A stretch of DNA of 64,000 nt from an uncultured Desulfobacterales bacterium (GTDB lineage: Bacteria > Desulfobacterota > Desulfobacteria > Desulfobacterales > CAJINA01). Of the stretch, positions 9,901 through 19,500 are shown one piece after another (position 1 is the stretch's first letter; each line of letters starts with the position of its first letter). A program made the translations under genes and the position numbers. The notes under the pieces were generated by a model. That model ran no database searches. It was not told the DNA's origin and worked only from the letters and a program-made list of their open reading frames with translations. The stretch is from NCBI GenBank assembly GCA_964636125.1, contig CAZWPX010000023.1, forward strand, positions 1,010 to 65,009. Reading direction: 5' to 3'.

Positions 9901-11069
9901 TGGCGCTGTTCTCTTCAGCGGCCGGATTTTTTGGAAACGCCGGACAGGCCGACTATGCCATAGCCAATGAAATCCTCAATAAATCCGCCTTCAGGTTCAA
10001 AGCCCTCAATCCCGCCTGCCATGTGAACACATTCAACTGGGGGCCCTGGGACGGCGGCATGGTGACCCCCGAGCTCAAGCGCATGTTTGCGGATAAGCAC
10101 ATTGCCGTAATTCCCATGGAAGCCGGTTCCCGGCTCTTTGCCAACGAGCTCTCCGCGGCCGACACCACCACCCAGATCATGGTGGGCAGTTCAATGCGGG
10201 CCCGGCCGCAGCCGGGCAGCAGCGAACTGGGTGCCTACCGCATCACCCGTCGTTTGGTGCCGGAGGACAATCCCTTTTTACAAGATCACATGATCGGCCC
10301 AAACCCCGTACTGCCCACAGTGTGCGCCGGTGCCTGGATGGCAGAAGCCTGTGAAATGCTGTATCCCGGGTTCCAGTTTTTTACGGCCACCGGGTACCGG
10401 ATGTTCAAAGGAATTGTATTCGATGGCACCCAGGCCCAACACTACACGCTGGACATCGAAGAGGTCGTAAAGGATGAGGACCACATTAATTTCAATGTCA
10501 CCATATCCAGCCGCAAAAAGAACGGCAAGCCGCTGCACCACTATACGTCCGGCATAGAGCTTGTCAGCCGGATCCCGGAACCGCCCCTTTATAGCCGGGT
10601 TGACTTCGAACCCGCCGGGGCCCTGGAGGGCGGACAGCTGTACCGGAACGGAACGCTGTTTCACGGCCCAATTTTCCAGGGCATTGAACGGGTCATCAAC
10701 CTTGGCGAGCACGGTTTGACAGTCGAGTGCCGCCTCCCTGAAGTGGCCCACAGAGACCAGGGCCAGTTTACGATTGGAACCTTTAATCCGTACGCGGCCG
10801 ACATCCAGTTCCAGTGTATGCTGGTTTGGGTACGCCGCCAGCTGGAGGCGGCCAGCCTGCCGGCCCAGGCCCAAACCGCCGAGCATTACCTGTCGGTACC
10901 GGCCGGCCGTAAATTCTACGTCTCTCTGTCCGTCAAAGCCAGCAGCTCGGCCAGTGTCACGGCCGACATCACCACCCACGACCGGGAGGGGCGTATCTAT
11001 TCAAGAATCGCGGGTGCCACCGTCATTGTCAGTAAACAGCTGGACAGGCTTTTTTCAAAGACGGGATAG
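3978..11069 (+). CDS. pfaA: PfaA-like multidomain PUFA/polyketide synthase: KS-AT-ACPx3-KR-DH
   Basis: KS motifs [15 protein letters not shown] and [8 protein letters not shown]. AT motifs FPGQGSQY and GHSFGE. Three ACPs carry [10 protein letters not shown]. KR has a [12 protein letters not shown] Rossmann motif. The C-terminal PKS-type DH has [13 protein letters not shown]. Confidence 0.95.
   Translation: [2363 protein letters not shown]
7720..8550 (+). repeat. Three tandem ~300-bp ACP-coding repeats inside pfaA
   Basis: The near-identical block [30 protein letters not shown] recurs with 300-nt periodicity; ctggggatcgattccatc occurs near 7813, 8113 and 8413. Confidence 0.9.
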
Positions 11070-11082
11070 TCACAGGGGACCC

Positions 11083-13392
11083 ATGCAAAAATCAATTGCC
11101 ATTGTCGGCATCGCGACAACCTTTGGCCGCACGGACAGCCTGGCCTGTTTTGAGCGCAGGCTTTATGAGGGTGATTTCCCGGCAACCGAACACGCGTTGG
11201 AACCGGGCGGCAAACGCTCAGCCGAGGAACGCCAGGCAGCGATAGAGAGCATCACGGCTGCGGCCACGGAAAACGCAGGGCTGAACCCGGCCCAAGCGAA
11301 GTCAGCCCAGGCCTTCACTGTTGTGGCGGCCGACGCCGGGTTCGACCTCACCGACAATGAGCCTGCAGGATTTGCCACAGAGACCCGGCTCATAGCCGCC
11401 CTGGCAACCGCCCGGCAGCTGCTCGCGGATAAAAAAGCTGCGGCCGTTCAGGTAGCGGCCATGGGCCGCGCCGGCAGCGGCGCTGTTGTCCTTAAAAGTT
11501 TCGACCGGGCTGCCCGGGATCAGGATCGCATTTATGCGGTGATTGACACCCTGGGCCCTGGAACGGTTTTAAGCGCTGACGCCGCCTCAACGGCTGGTTA
11601 CCTGGAAATTTGCGGTCAGAATATAGAGGCGCTGTTCAAGGGGGCAACGCCCCTGGGCAGCAGTTTTAGCAATGCACCCCAGAAGCGCGCCTGTGCGTTG
11701 GGCCGCTCTGATTACATCAGCCCTGATGGGGTTGGCACCCGCCACAATGCCAGCCTGATGGCCGGCCTGATAAAAACGGCCCTGGGCCTGTATCACCACT
11801 ATATCCCGGCCTGTCCGGCCTGGACGGCGCCCGCAAACCGCGACCTTTGGAAAGAGAGCCCTTTTTATGTACCGAACAGTTCGCGCTACTGGTTTAGAGA
11901 CAAAGATCGTGCCGCCCGGAAAGCCGCGATTGTACTGCTAAGCGAAACCGCAGGCGGCCATCTGCTCCTGTCGGAGAGCACTTCCCGGCCTCCGGCAGTT
12001 GGGTCCTACCTGCCCTGTGCCGGTCCCTTCTGCCTGCCGCTGACCGGGAACAGCCCAGCGGATTTAACCACACGACTGGAACAGGTAGAATTACAGCTCG
12101 CCCAAAAGGCCAACCTGCCCGGCTTTTGCAAAGAACAGTATCGCGAATTTTCCCGGAATGAACACGCCCCATACGCTTTGATGCTCGTGGCCGGCACAAC
12201 AGACGCAATGGCCCGGGAAGCCCGGTTCATCCGCAAGATGCTGCCCGGCAGTTTTGACAAACTGGCTGATATCAAGACACCCCGGGGCAGTTATTTCAGC
12301 GCCCGCCCGCTGGGCAGTAAAGGCAAAGTAGCCTTTGTCTATCCGGGCATTGGCAGTGCCTATGTGGGACTGGGGCAAGACCTGTTCCACATGTTCCCCA
12401 CCCTCGCGGGCCAGTTGGGTCAACTGGTCCCCGATGTCGGCCAGGTATTGAAAGCCCGGTCGCTTTACCCCCGTACGATCGCCCCACTTTCCAAAGAGCA
12501 GCTCAAAACCCTGGAACGTCGGCTGCGCAACGATATCATGGCGGTGTCTGAGTGCGGCATTGCTTTTTCAGTGCTATACACCATGATCATGGCCGGATAT
12601 TTCAAGCTGATCCCGGACATGGCCCTGGGTTACAGTATGGGCGAAGCCTCCATGATGGCTTCTCTCGGTGTATGGGAAAACCCCGGGCGTCTCAGCCGGC
12701 GGTTGCGCGAAAACAGCGCCTTCAGAAAAGACCTGCACGCAGAGCTGTCCGCCGTGCGCAGTTCGTGGGGGCTGGAGGCGCCGGCAGCGGGTGAACCCGA
12801 CAAAATCTGGGAGTCGTATACCCTTTTTGCGGACCGGGCTGTGGTCCAGGCAGAAGTAGAACAGGCCGACCGGGTATATCTGACACTGATCAATACCGAC
12901 AACGAGGTCGTCATTGCCGGGGACCCGGCCGCATGTGAGCAAATTGCCATAAAACTGGGCTGCACCTATTTCCCTTTGCACCTCGATCTTGCGATTCACA
13001 GTGAGCCGGCTTCCCGGGTGTATCCTGATCTTGTGGAACTGTACCGCCTGCCGGTCGTAAAAAACAGCCCCATCAAATTTTATTCGTCCTCCTGCTACCT
13101 GCCGGTGCCCCTGCGCAGCAAGGCGGTCGCCCACACCATTGCCAAGGCCTTCTGTGACCCGGTGGATTTTCCGAGACTGGTCCGCAAAACCTGGGACGAC
13201 GGTGCCCGAATCTATATTGAAACCGGCCCGCGCCAGACCTGCTCCTTATGGATCAATGAAATTTTAAAAGATAAACCCTTTGCGGCCGTACCGCTGAATA
13301 TTAAAGGCGCCGGAGACAAACCGGCCCTGGCCCGTGCCATGGCGCAGCTGGTGGGCCAGCGGGTAAAGATAGATCTCGGGTGCCTTTTTTAA
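11083..13392 (+). CDS. PfaB-like protein: degenerate KS-like N-domain + acyltransferase
   Basis: The real start is the ATG at 11083 (MQKSIAIVG), 14 nt after the pfaA stop. The track ORF from 10774 overlaps pfaA. The N-terminal half has a KS fold pattern, but the Cys/His/His sites are replaced (no DxAC; [8 protein letters not shown] where HGTGT is expected). The C-terminal AT has GYSMGE. Confidence 0.85.
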   Translation: [769 protein letters not shown]

Positions 13393-13450
13393 ATGATGCC
13401 GGCCACAGACACAAGCGTCTGCCAAAAGGCGTGGAAGAATATTAACGCAG

Positions 13451-13481
13451 GTCAGGGTGCGAGCGCAGCTAGTTCCCTGAC
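13451..13481 (+). repeat. Conserved intergenic hairpin, copy 1
   Basis: GTCAGGG-tgcgagcgcagctagtt-CCCTGAC. A second copy with the same loop is at 39808..39838. Confidence 0.5.
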
Positions 13482-13543
13482 AGAAGCACACAAACGGGGA
13501 ACCGGGAACCTTGAACCCGGAACCCCGACTCACTAGAGGATCT

Positions 13544-16500
13544 ATGGAAAAGATTGCCATCATCGGTGTGTCCTGCCTGTTTCCGGGAGCCCACAACAGC
13601 TCCGCGTACTGGCAGAACCTGCTGGATGGAAAAAATTTCAAATCCACGGCCACCCGCCGGCAGATGGGCGTCGATCCCAAAGATTACTTTTCAGCGCAGC
13701 CCGGAGAGGCCGACCGCTACTACTGCATGCAGGGCGGTTACATCCGCGACTTTGAATTCGATCCCACCGGCTACCGGCTGCCGCCTGAAGATCTGGCCCG
13801 GCTTGATGACCTTTTCAAGTGGTCACTTTTTGTGTCCCGGAACGCCTTGACGGACAGCGGTTATATAGACAAACCCGCAGCGTTGTCGCAGTGCGGCGCC
13901 ATCCTGGGCAACCTCTCCTTTCCCACCAAGTCCTCCAACCACCTGTGCCTCCCCATTTGCCACCAGGCCGTGGAAGCCTCCCTGCGCAGGTACCCGGACA
14001 ATGAAGATTTTGAACTGGCGCCTTTCAGTCCGCCGCGCACGGTTGCCGACGACAACCTGATGATTTCGGGATATCCAGCCGCCGTGATTGCCCGGGCATT
14101 CGATCTGCAGGGGCCGCATTTTTGCCTTGATGCAGCCTGTGCCTCCTCCATCTATGCGGTCAAACTGGCCTGCGATTATCTTTCCACGGGCCGGGCCGAC
14201 ATGATGCTGGCCGGGGCGGTAAGTGCGGCCGACCCCTTATTTATTCACATGGGCTTTTCCATCTTTCAGGCCTACCCCGCGAACGGAAAATCCTCCCCCT
14301 TCGATAAAAACTCCCGGGGCCTGGTGGCCGGTGAAGGGGCGGGTATGTTTGTTTTAAAGCGCCATGCCGATGCGGTCAGGGACGGGGATAAAATCTACGC
14401 CTCGATCCTGGGTGTCGGGCTCTCCAATGACGGCCGCGGTCAGTCGGTCCTGGCACCAGGCATGGATGGCCAGAACGTGGCCTACGAACGCGCCTATGCC
14501 CAGGCCGCCATCGACCCCAAGGACATTGCCTACGTGGAGTGCCATGCCACCGGCACCTTGCTGGGAGACAAGGTGGAGCTCGATTCCATGGACACCTTCT
14601 TCGGAAAACACGGCGCATCACCGCTGGTGGGTTCCTGCAAATCAAACATGGGGCATCTGTTAACAGCCGCCGGCATGGCCGGTATGCTGAAAACCATCTT
14701 TGCCATGTCTAAGGGCATCATCCCGGCAACCATCGGCCTTGAGGAAGCCATCGGATCAAAAAGCAACGTGATATCGGCCCAACAGATTCCGGTGGTCAAC
14801 ACACCCTGGCCCGGGGCCCCGGAGGCCCGCCGCGCCGCTGTGAACGGCTTCGGATTTGGGGGTGCCAATGCCCATATCATCCTGGAGTCCCCGCCGCACA
14901 GCCCGGAAGGCTCATCTCCGGCGCAAAGTCCGCCCAGGGCCGCCAGCAGGGTCATCCACCTGTTCGAAGATGAGCCGGACAAGGACTGTGCCCCGTGCGC
15001 CCTGGCGATCACCGGTATGGATGCACTGTTCGGCCCATGCCGGGGAATAGCCGAGTTCCGCCGCACCACCTGCGACGGTCTGCAACAGTTTGTCGATCTG
15101 CCTGAAAAACGTTGGAAGGGTATCGATCAATACGACGCGCTCTTGAAAAACTACGGGTTCGGAGACGGCCTGCCGCCCCGGGGTGCCTACGTGGATCATT
15201 TCGACCTGGATTTTCTGGGATTCAAAATTCCACCCAACAAAGATGACCGCCTGATCCCCCAGCAGCTTATGGCCCTCAAAGTGGCCGACAAAGCTATCCG
15301 CGATGCGGAAATTACAGAAGGTGCCCAGGTGGCGGTCCTGGTGGCCATGGGCACTGAGCCCGCCCTGCACCAGTTCAGGTCACGGGTCAACCTTGACACC
15401 CAGATAAAAACCAGTTTTGAAAAAGCGCATGTCGCGTGCGCAGACCCGTCCGGGGAAACCCTTGTAGAGAACATAAAAAACAGCCTCCACGGCGTGGCCC
15501 GCACCAACCGCTACACAAGTTTTATCGGCAACATCATGGCCTCCCGCATTGCATCCATCTGGGATTTTTCCGGCCCGGCCTTTACGGTATCTTCGGAAGA
15601 AAATTCGGTTTTCAAGGCCCTGGACGTGGCCCGGCTGCTGCTGGACGACCGGAACATTGAGGCAGTTGTGGTGGCAGCCGTGGACCTGTCCGGCGGGTTT
15701 GAGCAGGTGCTTTTAAAGAACAGGCGGCTGAAGATCAATACCGGCCGGCCCACCTTGAGTTTTGACCAGGATGTAAATGGCTGGATGGTCGGCGAAGGCG
15801 CGGGCGCGGTAGTGGTCAAACGCCGTGATGATGCCCTGGCGGACAACAGTCGCATCTATGCCACCGTGGACGCATTGGGGTTTGCCGCGGGCGACGATAA
15901 AGACGCGGTCACCCGGGCCTGCCGGCATACCTTTGACTGTGCCGGGATAAATCCGGGTGAGATTGCCTACCTCGAGGTGCACGGCAGTGGCATCGGGGCC
16001 GAAGACGAGGCTGAAATAGCAGGCCTGCTGGAGGCCTACCAGGCACCCGGGTCACCCCTTAGATGCGCCATCGGGAGTGTCAAGGCCAACATCGGACACA
16101 CCTTTGCGGCGGCCGGCATGGCCAGCCTGATTAAAACAGCCCTGTGTCTCTATCACCGCTATATCCCGCCCACACCGGCGTGGTCGGGACCCAAATATCC
16201 GGAAAAGTGGGCCAAGAGTCCTTTTTTTGTACCCACAGAGTCCAGAACCTGGTTTGTGGACGGCTCCGGCCAGACCCGCCGGGCGGCCATCAACTCCATG
16301 GGGGCCGACCACAGCTGCCACCACCTGCTCCTTTCCGATGAACCATCCCAAACCGGGCCCCGACGAGGTTACCTGTCCAGCCTGCCCATGACCCTTTTCC
16401 CCCTGGCGGCTGACAGCCGCAAGGCACTTGAAGGTGAACTGGACGCATTGACAACCGCCCTTTCAGCGGATCAAAAACTCGCGACCACAGCCGGAAAGTT

Positions 16501-19500
16501 TTTCAAACGTTTTAAAACCCGGGAGGCCTGCGAATTCCGGATTTCAATTGTCGGTAAAAGCCGCAGCGAGATATATGATGAAATCGAAACTGCCAAAGTC
16601 GGCCTGCCCCAGGCCTTTGCGGAAAACGGGTCCTGGCGTTCTGAAAACGGGAGTTGTTTTACCTGTGAGCCGTTAGGCCCAGCCGGCAAGGTTGCCTTTG
16701 TTTACCCCGGCGGCTTTAATTCGTATATCGGCATAGGCCACAGTCTTTGCCAGCTTTTCCCGGAAGTACACGAACGTGCCGGGACCTACACCTCCAGCCT
16801 GGGAGAAATTATCGGGCATGATCTTCTAAGTCCCCGGAGTATGAGCACGCTGTCGGACACCGAACTCAAAGAGCTTTCGGAACAGCTGTTCAACACGCCC
16901 TCGGTTATGTTCGAAAGCGGCATCATGTCCGCTATATTGTGCACGGACATTATCAGGGAGAGCTTCGCGGTTTCACCGGACCAGGCCCTGGGTTACAGCA
17001 TGGGCGAGATCTCCATGCTGTTTGCCCTGGGGGTCTGGGATAAGGCGGATCGGATCCGCAAAGCGTTTAACGAATCCTCTGTTTACAAGCTGCGCCTGTC
17101 GGGCTCCATGGAGAATGTCCGCGCGGCCTGGAACCTGGACCCATCCGAATCCGAGAATAAGAAGATATGGTACAGCTACAAGCTGGAAGCGGCGCCGGAG
17201 CAGGTCCGCAGAGCCCTGGAAAAAGACCTGGCCATCTCCAGGGGCCGGTCGGCCTACCTGATATTTGTAAATACGCCCCAGGAGGTGGTGATTGCCGGCT
17301 ATGACCAGGCTTGCAAGCGGGTGATCAGGGATCTGGGCTGCAACTATTTTGAAGTTTCGGTGAGTGACGCCATTCACAGCGAACTGGTCAGGCCGGATTA
17401 CGAAGCCCTGATCAACATGCATCGCCTGCCGGTAAACCCGGTGCCTGATATCGACTTTTACTCCGCCTTTGACTTTGCCCCCATTGTCATGGACAGCGAA
17501 GAGATTGCCCGACGCGTGGCTGACATTTACACCCATGAGATCGATTTCCAGCAACTGATTGAAAAGGCCTACCAGGATGGCGGGCGGATTTTTATTGAGC
17601 TGGGACCGCGCAACAACTGTACCCGCTGGACCGATGAAATCCTCCAGGGGCAGCCACATCTGGCGGTGGCCACCAATGAAAAGGATGTCGATGAACACGC
17701 CACCATTATCAAGGTGATTGCCAGCCTCTTTTGTCACCAGGTTTCCGTGGACCTTTCACCTTTGTACAGTCAGTCAAAAATGAAATCGGTCTCCAAGCGT
17801 CTGCTGAATAAATCCATCGTTCTCGGGGGGCAGACCATTGACGCCCAGATCAATACCGAAAAAAATCGTCAGTTGTTTGCCTCCTTTGGCCGGTATCCGG
17901 TTCTCACTGAACCGGTCGTTGACACCGCGGTCCAGCCCAAAGCGGAAGCGGCCGCCCCCTTGATCACCCCCACTGCAACAGGTACGGAACCCCTTGTGAA
18001 AACTGAAAAGCACTTCAATGCGAATCTTTCCCGGTTGAACACTGTCCACCAGGCGTTTTTAGATCATCGCCTGGACGGCGCCCGCCAGATTCACGATCTG
18101 ATTGAACTTCAGCTCGCCCGGGCAGGCCAGATGCCTGCAGCCGACCCGGATGGCGACACCGGGTCGAATGCCCGGCCCCCTTCCCCGTCGGCCGGGGGGC
18201 AGGCTCAGAGGTTGGGCTTGCCGGTGGTCCCGAAAGCAGTCAAACCACCGGTTCGCCAAGCGGTGGTCTGGGATCAGGCGGACCTGCTCGAGTTCGCCCA
18301 GGGCAGCATTGCCAACGTATTCGGCGAAGAATATAAAATCATCGACAGCTACCCCCGGCGGGTGCGCCTGCCCATGCAGCCCTACCTGCTGGTGTCCCGG
18401 GTAACCAAACTCGATGCCCACTGCCACGAATTCAAGCCCTCTACCATGACAACTGAATATGATATCCCGCGCGACTTCTGGTACTCTGTGGACGGACAGA
18501 TTCCCTGGGCCGTATCGGTTGAATCCGGGCAGTGCGACCTGCTGCTGATCAGTTATCTCGGTATCGATTTCAGCTGCATGGGCGACCGGGTTTACCGTTT
18601 GCTGGACTGCACCCTGACCTTCCTGGAAGACATACCCATGGAGGGCGATACCCTGCGGTATGATATCCGCATAAACTCTTTTTCAAAGAGCGGAGACAGC
18701 CTGCTCTTTTTCTTCAGCTACGAGTGTTTTGTGGAAGAGACCATGGTATTGAAAATGGATGGCGGCTGTGCCGGTTTCTTTACCGATGAGGAGCTGGATG
18801 CCGGCCGGGGGATACGCCACACCGCGAAAGAGCTGGCCGAACGCGCCCGCATCGAAAAGCACTCTTTTACGCCCTATTTGCACTGCAACCGGCAGCAGTT
18901 CGAGAAAGCGGACCTGCTCAAAATAACCCGGGGTGATCTGGGTGGATGTTTGGGCGCCCACTATGCCCGCCCCGGTTACAACCCCTCTTTAAAAATGGCC
19001 ACTGAACAGATGCTGATGCTGGACCGCATTGAATCCATCGATGTGACGGGCGGGGCCTGGGGGCTGGGAAAAATCGTGGCCTGCAAAGAGCTGGCGCCGG
19101 GCCACTGGTACTTTCCCTGCCACTTCAAGGACGACGAGGTGATGGCTGGCTCTCTGATGGCGGAAGGCTGCGGACAATTGCTGCAGTTTTTCCTGCTGTA
19201 TATCGGCATGCACACCCGGGTCCAGGATGCCCGTTTCCAGCCCATCTGGAACCTGCCCCAGAAAGTCAGGTGCCGGGGTCAGGTAACCCCCGCCGACAAC
19301 CTGCTGACCTATCGCATGGAGATCAAGGAAATCGGGCTCACCCCCCACCCCTATGCCGTGGCCGATATCGATATCCTCCTGCAGGATAAAAACCGGGAAG
19401 ATAAGATTGTGGTCGATTTTGGTAGCCTGGGAGTGCAGCTGGTTGAAAAAAGCGCGGATGACCCCTATAAAGCAGTGCTGCCCATGGCAGCAAACGAAAC

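Noticed and set aside
10774-11082. N-terminal 103 codons of the track ORF for the PfaB-like gene
   Set aside because: This part overlaps the pfaA C-terminus in another frame and reads as Pro/Ser/Arg-rich shadow sequence. The conserved KS-like start MQKSIAIVG begins at 11083, right after the pfaA stop.
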